From: Octopus vulgaris
Taxonomy: Eukaryota
Direction: 5' to 3'
Length of the DNA: 64,000 nt
NCBI GenBank assembly: GCA_951406725.2
Contig: OX597829.1
Location: 27,776,001-27,840,000, forward strand
Positions 1-12,241 of this stretch are shown one piece after another. The position numbers and the translations under genes are program-made. Each line of letters opens with the position of its first letter. Position 1 is the stretch's first letter. Below the pieces are notes generated by a model, which saw only the letters and a program-made list of their open reading frames with translations, ran no database searches and was not told the DNA's origin.

Positions 1-156
1 CATAGACTATAGTAGAAGACACCAGACTCGGACCGACTAAAAGCCTTGTGAGTGTATTTGGCGACTGAAACTGAAATTTCATCTATAGAAAACCTATTAT
101 AAACTCTTTAGAATATTTATTGTTTTTTAAGTTCTTTTTTTAATCTCTCTCCAAAC

Positions 157-159
<3 letters not shown>

Positions 160-213
<54 letters not shown>
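160..213. repeat. (TA)n microsatellite
   Basis: Uninterrupted TA run; one of many such tracts in the window. Confidence 0.95.
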
Positions 214-216
<3 letters not shown>

Positions 217-340
217 TGAATGGTTGTATACTGTCAATCTAACAAGAACGTGACAGTAGGGGGTACACCACTGTTGTATAAGCCCTAGGAGGCATCGAAC
301 GCCTTCTGACAGCTTCGACACATTTTTTCCCTGTGTCCTT

Positions 341-595
341 TAGAGATAAAACCACTATTAGGCAAATCAAACAGTGAAAGACATTAAACCAAAACATAAT
401 AATAAATATAATTAATATAATATACTAAATATATAAAATTTAAAATTAAATATTTTTAATTTATATTTATAAATTTTTATATTTTTTTATTTTAAATTTA
501 TAAATTTTTAAACTTTTAATTTTTAATATTTATATTTATTTATTCATTTTTATGTTTTTCACTCTTTGATTTGCCTAATAGTGGTTTTATTTCTA
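341..595. repeat. Inverted-repeat element between TA tracts
   Basis: tagagataaaaccactattaggcaaatcaaacagtgaaagacat (from 341) is mirrored by atgtttttcactctttgatttgcctaatagtggttttatttcta (to 595) around an almost pure A/T spacer. Confidence 0.75.
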
Positions 596-674
596 ATTTA
601 ATTTATATTTATACTGTGAAATTTGATCCTAAATCTAATTTTTCCCTGTAAGTTTGGATTTACTCCCTAATATC

Positions 675-734
<60 letters not shown>

Positions 735-849
735 CAATTAAGATTCAAGTCAATTCCAATGAATTTACTTGAATGTGGTACTTAACTTAGATGCACCAGA
801 AAACTATATGGTGTTAACCATACAGTAATGTGGGGTGATTATAAACGAT

Positions 850-1042
850 AAAGAAGCAACAAGAATGGATTAGTTTTTAGTACAATTGTTTCATACAAAG
901 ACAGGCTTTATTAAAAGTTGCAAAAATTGCAGCAGATGAGTACGTGACACTTTTATCTGCTGCAATTTTTGCAACTTTTAATAAAGCCTGTCTTTGTATG
1001 AAACAATTGTACTAAAAACTAATCCATTCTTGTTGCTTCTTT
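850..1042. repeat. Perfect palindrome, 88-bp arms, 17-nt spacer
   Basis: 850-937 is the reverse complement of 955-1042; spacer gagtacgtgacactttt. Confidence 0.92.
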
Positions 1043-1045
1043 CTC

Positions 1046-1118
<73 letters not shown>

Positions 1119-2579
1119 AAATTATAATAATAATGTTTGATTTTTACCTTGAGCACAAGGGCTGAAATTTTGGAGGAAGGAGGTACTAGCCGATTACATC
1201 GATTCCAGTCCTCAAATGGTACTTATTTTATAGACCTCATAAGGATGAAAGGCAAAATCGACTTTGGTCGAATTTGAACTCACATTGTTAAGGACGTCCG
1301 AAATGCTATTTTTTATTAACACTACACGTGTGGAATACCCCGATGTTTCCAAAACACTTTAAGGCGTGCTGTTTTATGTCTATTAAATACACCATAAAAT
1401 TGTAATTAAGTTTAATCTTTATAAGTCACCTAAGTAAAATAAGAATGTATTTGTATATTGGACGAATGTAGCATGTCGTGTCTGTGTATCTGTGTAATCT
1501 ATCTCATTTTGTTAAGGAGATCGTTGTTTACATATATATTGAACAACTTTATCATTATAACCACTAGGTCTGAAATTTTGAGAGCAGAGGTATTACTCGA
1601 TTACAATATTGGACTTGTACTTTATTTTAACGACTCCAGAGAGATGAACAGTGAAGTTGGCCTGGGCGACACTTGAACGCTTAGTAAATGATAATAATAT
1701 CTATCATGTGTGTGTGAGCAAACAGCTAGTACACTCTAAACCAAACAATCGTTTGAATTATCATTTCAACTGTCTTCTCGGTTCCGTAACGGCATTATAC
1801 ACACACACGTTAGAACTTGTGTGCGAATTTATGTATAACGAATGTTTACGAATTTGTGTATAACAGCACTACACACACACACACACGTTAGAATTTATAT
1901 ACACACACGCGAAATATATTCGCACCCACGTGTCGTCGTTTCAACTTCTCCAACTCTTAGTTGTTGTTTTTTTTTCGTTTTCGCTTTATTCTCGTGTTTG
2001 TGCACGAGCGAATGTAAATGTGTGTGTGTTTGCGCGCACGCACACACACACGCACATTTCGTAGGTCCCTCTTCTTTTCTTTTTCAACACTTGACCTTTC
2101 AAGCGTACTCTGTCTACTCTTCCCGATTGTTCACATTTTCTATTCAGCCGTTCCTCCATCGCCACCGTCCAACCCTGCATTGACCGCTGGCATTCTATCT
2201 ACTATAATCTGTTTCACCTGGTTAACTTTCGTCCATTATTATTTGTTCCTCTTCTCCTGACATGAAGCTAGAAAAACTAGTCCCTTTTACTTCTGGGAAG
2301 CAACAAGAAAACCTCAAAGGCAAATCGCTGAAAGGCGTTAAGCCTGGGGAAGAAGGGTGGACAGGAAGACGGGATGATCCAAGGGAGACTTTTGTTTAAA
2401 GGTCTGCTCAATCAGGATTAGCCTGAGTTGAACGACCCAAACAGTTCGCTCCAATGTAATTTACCCCAGCTTTGCGTGCACTAATGTATAAGAAAGTTGA
2501 TTGTTATGGCCGCTCAGAGTATAAAGTATACCTATAAAGCCTATAAAGCCGCATAAGCAAATCGTCAGATTGAAATGGT

Positions 2580-2659
2580 CGAAGGCTCATAACCTCTCCA
2601 CAGCTGGAGGGAATATGACGTATACCTCCATTCAGTTGTGGAGAGATTATGTGCTTTCG
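2580..2659. other. Imperfect ~80-nt hairpin
   Basis: cgaaggctcataacctctccacagctg pairs with cagttgtggagagattatgtgctttcg; inner gagg/cctc pairing. Confidence 0.6.
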
Positions 2660-2928
2660 GTGCGTAACCAATGGTCACTCTATGACCGGCCATAACAGTC
2701 AACTTCCTAAAAAATGTTCTAATGTTTTGCAGAGTGCTTCTTTTTCGGATATATGAACTACTGATGATTATATGTGTATATTAGAATCTACATATATCAA
2801 CATATAGGACGCCGGGGATGGCTGGCTATTTAGTATCGAGCTTACTGTACATTAAAGTAATTCTCGGTTGTCGTTTGTTGGTAGTATACTACATGTATGT
2901 ATATACACACAATCAACTATCTATATTA

Positions 2929-3012
<84 letters not shown>

Positions 3013-3155
3013 TAACAATAAGGGTCTTTGCAACCCTTATTGTTATAATTATATAAACTTTTACCGAATTTGGTCCTTTTCCATACCGAAGTATAATAGG
3101 TGAAATTTGTTGATTTTATTAAATTAATTATATTTCACCCTTTATCTGTAATGTG

Positions 3156-3228
<73 letters not shown>

Positions 3229-3971
3229 TCACATAGATATATATGCATAGGTTCCCAATCTAATATAAACCATAGATTCAACACAGGGAGGGTTCCAAGA
3301 GTAACGTTTATAAAAGGACACAAGTGGGGTTCAAAATTTTGTGTTTTTCTAACTAACGCGCGCGCGCACCCACACACGTACACACTACCACCACCAGTCT
3401 TTCTGGCGTGTAAACAAGAATAAAACAACTAAGCTAGCTAGTTACATCCGGGACCTGAATGCTAAAAATACCCCCACACATCAAGTAGACCATCGTATAG
3501 CAATCTACGTCATATATTTATGGGTCAAGGAGTTGCAGACTTCGTATTTTGTAGCTCTCTTCTCAATTCAATTTACCCAGCTGTAAACTCCTGTAAATTC
3601 TCTCTATTTGATTAATTCTCGTTACCGGTGACTCTTCATCACCGATATCCTCAGATTACAGATTTTAGCATAAAGCTAGGTTTTAAGTGTGGCTAAATTC
3701 TTCCTGGGTTTAGGTTTTCAGTTGGTGTCAGAATTAACTTCACCTATCACCGTCTGGTCCTTGAGCAAGATGCTTTATTCCACGTAAACTTTCACCTATT
3801 CGGCTCAAAATGATAGCCAGTAAAATGCAAACAGAGCCATCACTCTTTCCTCCAGCTGTTACACCATGGATGTTCCGTTGGGACAGAGATGGGATAGCCA
3901 AAAAGCTGTCTATGTTTGCTTGCAACTACACTGACACCTAAATATAAGATAAACAAGCGAAAGCATTTTAC

Positions 3972-4274
3972 GGATCTTTTCGGTTTGAACGGCAGTTTTT
4001 AACATAATTTCTAGGTAACTGAAAAATTTTAAACTTCGTATACTGATCAGTGACATCTATTGAGTTAAAACGCATTCTGTGCCGTAAGAATATGTCCCTC
4101 GTTTAGGAAACAGATTGGGTTTTTTTACATTTGTGAAGAAAAAAAGATACCCTTCCCCCACCCCTAACCCTAAAATAGATTGAAATGCAATAGATCGATT
4201 CTAGGGTCATAATTATGGGTGACAATTTCATATGACACCGCTAGAAAAAACTGCCGTTCAAACCGAAAAGATCC
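3972..4274 (+). mobile_element. MITE with GG-terminated TIRs (Merlin-like?)
   Basis: TIRs ggatcttttcggtttgaacggcagttttt / aaaaactgccgttcaaaccgaaaagatcc; flanks cattttac / catggtac (8-bp TSD with 2 mismatches). Related copies at ~31984-32375 and ~53404-53688. Confidence 0.8.
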
Positions 4275-5375
4275 CATGGTACGAACAGCGAGATCAAAAA
4301 AAGATTGTGAGAGACGGCTATGGTTACGTAGAGAAATATGAGGATCTGTAGTCAACTAAATTTCTCCCTGTACATTACTGGGGTAACATGCATTTTAGGG
4401 GTTTAATAATAAAAGTAAATTGATTGAAAATTATGATAGTGAAACCCCATAATTCCAAGTAAACATATTCAGTGTACGGAACGTGAATCGATAACAATGA
4501 CGCCACAATTTTCCTGTCAGTTCCATCTGTACAGCTCTATCGTCGTGCAATTTTGTAGGGACTCTTAGTTCTCTTTACGACATTATCGAATCCCATTGTT
4601 GTCACTTTCTGCAAATTTACTTCCATTTTTTTTTTTTTTTTTTCTCTTTCAAACCTCTAAACTGCACTGCTAGATCAGAATCAACGTCAGAGTCAGCACC
4701 GGCGAAATGTAACTAAATTTATTTGTTTGTTTATTTAGTCTGACACTCTACTGTTTCTGTAACTCTGCCACCAAAACAAATTACAAGCATTAAAAAATAC
4801 ATTTGGCTACGTTGTTGCTGTTGTTGTAGGTATTTTTAGTTTTAAAGCCCAGATTTTCTCACTGCCGAAATATTGCAGCAGATGATCGGTGCAGTTGCAA
4901 TTACATGTGAAACGGTAGTATTTTAGTATTTCCGTTTGCAAGAATATTCCTTATGCTGCATATGAGATTTTAACACAAACATCCACGAACCGAACCGATG
5001 AGGAAGTAGTCTCTATAAATTTGTTTGACCTCAGAAAAAAAAAAGAAAAGAAAAGAAAAAGAATATCCTTTCACATTCCCTTCGTTAAAATGGTTGAAAC
5101 TGTTCCTGATTATGTCAGAAACAAAACGGCATTGACTGTCATAACTAGAACGCCTGTCAAAAGGTAAAGATTCGTTGATGAAGGCGGAATGCCAAACCAA
5201 ATATCAATACACGACTTGGTTGTATTTCACGCTTATTCATTTACAATACTTGTACATTTTGTGATTCTTTCATTACTACTTCAGAGAGGAGATATAACAA
5301 TATCGCTATATATGACCAGAATTATTTCTCGTTCTTGCTGAAATGCTCAACGACAATTAATATCCACCTTGATAA

Positions 5376-5536
5376 GGCGCAGGAGTGGCTGTGTGGTAAG
5401 TAGCTCGTTTACCAACCACATGGTACCGGGTTCATTCCCACTGCGTGGCACCTTGGGCAAGTATCTTCTACTATACCCTCGGCCGACCAAAGCCTTGTGA
5501 GTAGATTTTGGTAGACGGAAACTGAAAGAAGCCCGT

Positions 5537-5575
<39 letters not shown>

Positions 5576-5770
5576 TTATGTTTGTTCCACCAACATAGCT
5601 TGACAACCAATGGTGGTATGTTTGCGTCCCTGTAACTTAGCGGTTTAGCAAAAGAGACCGATTGAATAAGTACTAGGCTTGCAAAGAATAAGTCCTGGGG
5701 GGTCGATTTGCTTGGCTAAAGGCGGTGCTCCAGCATGGCCACAGTCAAATGACTGAAACAAGTAAAAGAG
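5376..5770 (+). mobile_element. Full-length tRNA-headed SINE, family A (octopus OK/OR-type)
   Basis: Head ggcgcaggagtggctgtgtggtaag with B-box-like gggttcattccc, internal (TA)(TG) tract, tail gactgaaacaagtaaaagag; many copies in window. Confidence 0.88.
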
Positions 5771-6204
5771 AAAGAGAAATGTTTCCCTCGTTACATTAAT
5801 ATATTTTGGGCTTCATGTTTTTCTGGGTTTTTTTAATGATCAGATTGGATACGTTAATTAACAATGACCGCGCAAAACAGAGAAGACATCGGAGCATGAC
5901 TCGTTAGATAATCTCAAACTATTCAACACATAACCGCGTGGAAGCCGGACGTTAAATGATGACGACGACGGCCATTTTTGTCAGTAATAGATTATTGAGG
6001 AGTATCATCGGTGTGTGTGTGTGTGTGTATTCCGACCTCCCAACGTATATTAGAAGTTTGTCGAAAGGGATCCGATTGAATAAGTACCAGACTTCAAAAA
6101 ATGAAGTGCAGGGATCGACTTGTTTGTCTTAAAACACTTCAAGGCGGTACTCTAGTATGACTGCAGTGGAATTTGTGTGTGTCTGTGTGTGTATATTTAT
6201 ATAC

Positions 6205-6441
6205 ATATCTATTTCTTTACTACCCACAAGGGGCTAAACACAGAGGGGACAAACAAGGACAGATAAACGGATTAAGTCGATTACATCGATCCCAGTGCGT
6301 AACTGGTACTTAATTTATCAACCCCTAAAGGATGAAAGGCAAAGTCGACCTCGGCGGAATTTGAACTCAGAACACAGCGGCAGACGAAACACCGCAAAGC
6401 ATTTCGCCCGGTGTGCTAACGTTTCTGCCAGCTCGCCGCCT
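6205..6441 (-). mobile_element. tRNA-headed SINE, family B
   Basis: Reverse strand reads ggcggcgagctggcagaaacgttagcac...gagttcaaattccgccgaggtcgactttgcctttcatcc. Confidence 0.85.
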
Positions 6442-6459
6442 TATTTATATACATATCTG

Positions 6460-6815
6460 TTACTTGTTTCAGTTATTTGACTGCGGCACAGCATTCAAGA
6501 ATTTTGGTCGAACGAATCTACCCCAGTACTTATTTTTGAAAAAAACCTGGTATTTATTTTAGCGATTCATTTTGCCGAACCGCTACGTTGCGGGGACGTA
6601 AATACACCAACACCGGTTTTCAAGCGGTGGTGAACAAATAACAAATACCCAAATATCCGTATGTGTATACGATGGGCTTCTTTCAGTTTCCGTCTTCCGA
6701 AGTCACTCGAAGGCTACAATAGAAGACACTTTCTCAAGGTACTACACAGTGGGACTAAACCCGGAACCATGTGTCGTTGGAAAGCAATTTCTTCCCTACA
6801 TAGTCACGCCTGTGT
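6460..6815 (-). mobile_element. SINE family A, diverged copy
   Basis: Reverse-complement similarity to 5376-5770. Confidence 0.75.
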
Positions 6816-8146
6816 CTATATATATATATGTGTGTGTGTGTGTGTATAAAAACTTCAGGGCTGTCTATTCTGTTTTTACACAATCGGACACATACATGAA
6901 TGAATCTCTTAGGTCTACATAAAGGAAAAAAAAAATGTAACTTGAACAGGAAGAATTTGTAGTACAAAATAAATGAAAACCAAGGGAAAAGAGATACAGC
7001 TAATTCTCATCAAAACTTGCATAATTAATTTTTTTGTTTTACCAATTTTCAGTTTCTTGAGACTGCTCGCCTCCTGTGATTGAAGCAAATATATAATATG
7101 AAGGAAAGCTTTAGGTATTGAAAAGTAAAATAAAATAAACAACAAACGAAATATGGATATGGTGAGGGGAATTGGTAAGGTCATTGCTGGAGTTTTTGCT
7201 TTTATTTTTATCTATTTGAACGCCTATTTAATTTGATAATGGAAGGATGGCATAAAGGAAATGACATACATGACTGATTCACACACATTAGGAATAAGTG
7301 TAAGGAGCCCTTGTAGATAAGACGCTTTTCTTTCTCTGTCTCTCCGCGTTTCTTCTCTCTATCCAAAGACCCACACGCATTCGCAATTCTAAACATACAT
7401 GTATAATTAATTACATTCACGAACATATAAAATCTCTCAAGTATATAATTTTTAAATGTATGCTATAAGCACTCGCGCACACGCATGCATGTACACAGTA
7501 TTGTTATATTTACTATTATTACTATGATGGAAATTGAAATTGGCAGATTTGGGCAAAGATCTATCCCAAGTCTTGTGGTATTGCCCAGTTATTTTGTAAA
7601 CATTCTAACTAATGCAAAATGTATTGTCTGGTTCCAAATTTTAAAAAAATTATTATAGCTATTCTTATTAATTCTGATCTACGATCATATAGTAAATAGT
7701 AAACGGAAAAATATTCTAAATTAATATTTACCTCCCTGTAAATTTGTTCAAATCTACACGAGAGTTTCGAATATGTTAAATATTGTACGAATAAACGACC
7801 CGCTGTAACAATGTGATCCAGATTCTTAGAGGTTTTCTTTGAGTAGTCCTCGGTAGTATGAAAGCGTCTGCCTATAAGGTGTTGTTCTCACTGTCATAAG
7901 AACGTGGTTTCTATTTCGGGGCTGGGTGGAGCGTTGGGTTGTTAAAAAAAAAAACATTTCATTCCACGTTACTTTCAGTCCATTCAGCTGCAAACGAGTT
8001 CTAGCAATAGCTGAGAAGTTAACCACCCTGCAAAGGACCAGTGTCTTGTTCAAGGAGGGATGGTGTAATCTCAGTCACATATGCCATGGAAACTTAGTCA
8101 AGCTCCGTCCATATGCGTCTTAGAGTCCTTCACAACCACCCGCATT

Positions 8147-8683
8147 CATCATCATCATCGTTTAACGTCCGATTTCCGCGCTAGTACGGGTTGGACGGTT
8201 CGACCGGTGTCTGGGAAGCCAGGGGCTGCACCAGGCTACAGCTCCAGTCTAATCTGGCAGTGTTTCTACAGCTGGATGCCCTTCCTAACGCCAACCACTC
8301 TGCGAGTGTAGTGGGTGCTTTTTACGTGCCACCGGCACAGGTGCCAGGGGAGTCTGGCATCGGCCACGATCGGTTGGTGCTTTTAACGTGCCACCGGCAC
8401 AGAAGCCAGTCAAGGCAGCGCTGGCATCGGCCACGTTCGGATGGTGCTTTTTATGTGCCATCGGCACAGAAGCCAGTCGAGGTGACGCTGGCATCGGCCC
8501 CGTTCGGATGGTGCTTTTTATGTGCCACCGGCACAGGTATCACAACTACTATTTCCATTGATATTTATTTCGGTGTTCATGTACTTGACTCAATAGGTCT
8601 CCTCAAGCACAGCGGGATGTTCTGGAAACCAAGGTACTTTGAATGGGCAGGGGCTATGCGGAACTGGGTCTTTGCAGTCACAG
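8147..8683 (-). mobile_element. SINE/LINE-tail family D with (GAT)n tail and internal tandem units
   Basis: catcatcatcgtttaacgtccg tail; four ggtgctttt..gtgcca.cggcaca units at ~8314-8535; same family at 20518-20830, 36765-37187, 38246-38668. Confidence 0.8.
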
Positions 8684-9029
8684 CATTGGGAAATCTTATT
8701 TACTGAAATGTTTTTTCTTTTGTAATTCCCACATACCTTCTACCATCTATTTCTTGTCTTTTGTACTCTACTTGAGTTTCGTTGGTCCCTTTTTAGCTAA
8801 TAATGAAACTATCATTGTTTTGGTGGCGAGCTGGCAAAATCGTCAGGCCATAGGAATTAAAAAATACTTTGCATTTAATTTCATCTACCTCTTTACGATT
8901 TGAGTTCAAATCCATCCGAGTCCAATTTTGCCCTTCATCCTTTCGGGCGTCAATAGAATAAAAATACCAGTGAAGAGCTGATGCTGATGGTATCGACTAA
9001 CAGCGCTTCTAAATTATTAGCCCTGTGCC

Positions 9030-9337
9030 TAAGGTTGCTTCCCAACCACGTAGTCTTGCGTTCAGTCGCACAGCGTGGCATCTTGGGTATCTTCTGCTAT
9101 AGCCCCGAGTTGACCAAAGCCTTTTGATTGGATTCGATAGATGGAAACAGAAAGAAGCCCATCGGGCATTTGTGTGTGTGTATGTATGTATGCGTTTGTG
9201 TTTATCCCACAGCACTGCTCGACAACCGGCGTTGGTTTGTCTATGTTCTTGTAACCTAGAAAGTCAGCAAAAGACACCGATAGACTAAGTACCAACCTTT
9301 AAAAATTAGCCCTGGTGTCGATTTGTTCAAACCAAAC
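9030..9337 (+). mobile_element. SINE family A (outer host of nest; tail resumes at 11754-11820)
   Basis: Family A body stops at gatttgttcaaaccaaac; tail gactaaactcttcaacgcgg...gctgaaacaagtaaaa continues after 11753. Confidence 0.7.
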
Positions 9338-9462
9338 CAGTGGTTCTCAACCAGGGCCAATATGGCCTTTTGCAAGTCCTTATAAAATTTATTTGTTAAA
9401 ATTTATGTGCAATAATCGGTTATACTTTGTGGACGTAGCTGTGTGGCAATAAGCTTGCTTCC

Positions 9463-11278
9463 GGTTCCGGTTGTTAGTCGCTCTTCACTTGACTGCTGAG
9501 GTCGTCACGCTTGTGTGCAGCGGACGAAAATTGAATTTGTAATCGCTCTACCGTAAGGTAAGACTTTTTGCTCTTTGAGTCCAGTAGGATTTGTTGCCTG
9601 TAGGTTTTAATTTTTGTACAAGCAAGGAGTCCTTACTGGATTCGGAGCTTTTTGTCTTGTGTGTGTTTTCTCACAATTGTGAGAATTTCTGTGTGGAGTT
9701 CTCTCCAAATTGTTTTTGAGAATTTAATTCTCTATTTTCAAGAACTGTGCCTGCGTGGAAGTCTTCTGAATTACACAAGGGATATTACAAATATTGAAAA
9801 AGGCCAGGAGTACCTAACGGCCGAAAATACTTTTCTTTGCTGTTGTTTGAACTCTCGTTTCCTTCATCTATCATTTAGTTAATAAAAAAACAACTATTGA
9901 ACTGTTATTTTTTATTTTTTCTTCCCTTCTGTTGGGTCTTTCTTTTTTTGCTTTTCTTTCTTAATTATTTCAAAAGATTTTGTGGACTTTCTTTGGACTT
10001 TTTGTTATTAATGGCAAAGAAATTTATAGAGTGGGAGTTAACACCTCCCAAGTCATGGCTTAATGAGTTTGAAAGGAAGGCGGTGGTATTGAGGACTTAT
10101 TCAAAGTTGCTCGATACCATAGCCGTCTTCCCGAAAGCTACAATTGTGAAAGAGATGGCAGAATATATGCCAGCCATTAAATATATTTCACGGGGGGGTC
10201 AAATTTGCAACAGTCTGGTTGCTATTTGACTCCCCACAAGAAGCTTGCGAATTTGCAAGTCGGCCCCTCGAGGGCAATGAAATTATGTTCCTTCCCACTT
10301 ATTGTGGAAAGAAGTTGGCGAGGGCTTGGGTCTGTGGTTTGCCACCCGGAATTGAGCCCGAGTGGATAGAGGATTCTATCCGCTGGGATCTAGGTGGTAG
10401 CAGTGACAAGCTGCTTAATGTGAAAATGCTGCCTACGGCTGATTGGGAGGGAGCAAGAGCTGTTTTGACCCTATGGACCCAATCAGCCGAAAGTCTGGTT
10501 TTCCCAGATTTTTTGAGGATGGCCGGGGGTCTAGGTATCCGGTGATGCTCGAGGGACGCCCCCTCCCCCAAGTGTCACCTGTGCCTAGAAACTGGCCACA
10601 TCAAGAAAAACTGACCCAATGACCAAAATAGGGTCCTGGAGCAGTTAATAGAGGCATCACTCCCTGCTCCCTCATTGGAGGGAGAGAAGGAGGAGGATGT
10701 CGAGGAGGTGGAAACCTCCTCGAAAAAACGAAAGCGAAAGGTGGTTGCCCACCAAAGGACCCGAGGGCTGCGGGAGGAAGGGAGAACCTGCTGGACACAG
10801 CAAAGGAACACCACCCTCCCGCGGTCCAAGGGGGAAAGAAAAACGGGACATTGCTGGCGTGTCCCGATGCTTCTTCAGCGGATGAGTGGTCCGGCTTGGA
10901 ACCGACTAGATACTTCAATGAAGCGAGGAGCCTGGCCGGACAGAAAAGTTGAAGTATTGGACGTTTGTGTAAGAGGTGTATTACCCCAAAAAGACTCTGT
11001 AAAATGTAAAAAAGCAAGAGGATTATTGCCTCGTGTGTGTTTTTAATTCTGAACTATGTAAGAGGTTTATCGCCTCATTATGTGTTTTATATAAAAAAAA
11101 ATTATAAAAAAGAGAGAAAAAGAACAATGTTTTAGAGAAGCGAAAGTCGGCGGGCGCTTTTCGTCTTCTCCCATCCTTATCATCCTTGTATCATTATAAT
11201 TCATCCCATTAATGTCTGTGTCCAGCCCGCAAGCTTCTCTCTGTGTGATGCCCTTGTGGCAAATTTAATAAAATAAAG
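9463..11278 (+). mobile_element. ORF1-only non-LTR retroelement (L1/Tx1-like, half-L1 architecture)
   Basis: Flanked by direct repeat aagcttgcttcc (9451-9462 and 11279-11290); ~550-nt 5' leader, disrupted ORF1 with zinc knuckle, A-rich 3' end aataaaataaag; no room for endonuclease/RT. Confidence 0.72.
10011..10880 (+). pseudogene. Disrupted ORF1/gag-like protein with CCHC zinc knuckle
   Basis: ATG 10011 (MAKKFIEW...), frameshifted continuation (LFDSPQEA...VCGLPPGI...), then CHLCLETGHIKKN*P at 10573-10617 = CX2CX4HX4C with last Cys mutated to TGA, followed in frame by an acidic/basic tail EEDVEEVETSSKKRKRK. 3' limit approximate. Confidence 0.75.
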
Positions 11279-11645
11279 AAGCTTGCTTCCCAACCACATG
11301 GTTCCAGGTTCAGTCCCCTGCGTGGCACCTTGGGCAAGTGTCTTCTATTATAGCCTCGGACCGACCAAAGCCTTGTGAGTGGATTTGGTAGACGGAAACT
11401 GAAAGAAGTCTGTCGTATATATATATATATATATATACATGTATGCATACATCTGTGTGTCTGTGTTTGTCCCTCTGCATCGCTTGATGCTGGCGTGTTT
11501 ATGTCCCCCGTAACTTAGCGGTTTGGCAAAAGAAACTGATAGTATAAGTACTAGGCTTACAAAGAAGTCCTGGAGTCGATTTCTTCCGCTAAAACTCTTT
11601 CAGGTGGTACTCCAGCATGTAAAATGACTGAAAGAAGTAAAAGAA
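11279..11645 (+). mobile_element. SINE family A (head split off at 9430-9462)
   Basis: aagcttgcttcccaaccacatggttccaggttcagtccc... continues the head fragment gtagctgtgtggcaataagcttgcttcc. Confidence 0.82.
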
Positions 11646-12202
11646 TTATACATAAAATGTTTTAATCGGTTTTTTTTTTTATACAATTCAAAACAAAAGG
11701 GTGACAACCATAGGCATAAAAAAAACCCAAAAAACAACGGTTGAGATCCACTGGACTAAACTCTTCAACGCGGTATCCCAGCATATCTGCTGCAGTCCAT
11801 GCTGAAACAAGTAAAATTATTATAAAACGAAAAGCAGTGAAAATGAAAAGAAAAAGTTGATATTATATGACAATACAACAGCTGTTTACTGTTGTATTTT
11901 CATCGAAAATGTGTCATATCACAATCAATTACTACTTGATTCAAAGTTTCATCGAAAGAAAGTTTGTCTCCCTCACCGCCTCCTATCTTTGCCTCGAGTC
12001 AATGTATTTCTTCTACATCTTGTTATGTCCCGTGCAAACTTAAATTTTCCTGTCGTATATAGAGATTGGTTTCCCACCACTTATCGCTCTGTCTCTTTCA
12101 TTCTCTCCCTTTTTATTTTTTAACTCTCACCCTCTCTGTCTTGTCCGTTTATTATACGCCATATTGGCCCTGAAGGAACAGAGTTTACAAAGAACTACCA
12201 GC

Positions 12203-12241
<39 letters not shown>

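Larger units (their letters stand above)
9338..11753. mobile_element. hAT-like MITE interrupted by a SINE and a retroelement
   Basis: TIRs cagtggttctcaacc (9338) / ggttgagatccactg (to 11753); flanks aaccaaac / gactaaac (8 bp, 2 mismatches). Confidence 0.7.

Noticed and set aside
2757-2810. CTGATGA followed by a tatatgtg/tacatata stem
   Set aside because: No GAAA box after the stem and only a 3-bp possible stem I.
8314-8535. CRISPR-like repeats ggtgctttt..gtgcca.cggcaca with intervening sequence
   Set aside because: The spacers resemble each other, the array is an internal part of multi-copy SINE family D, the context is eukaryotic and there are no cas genes.
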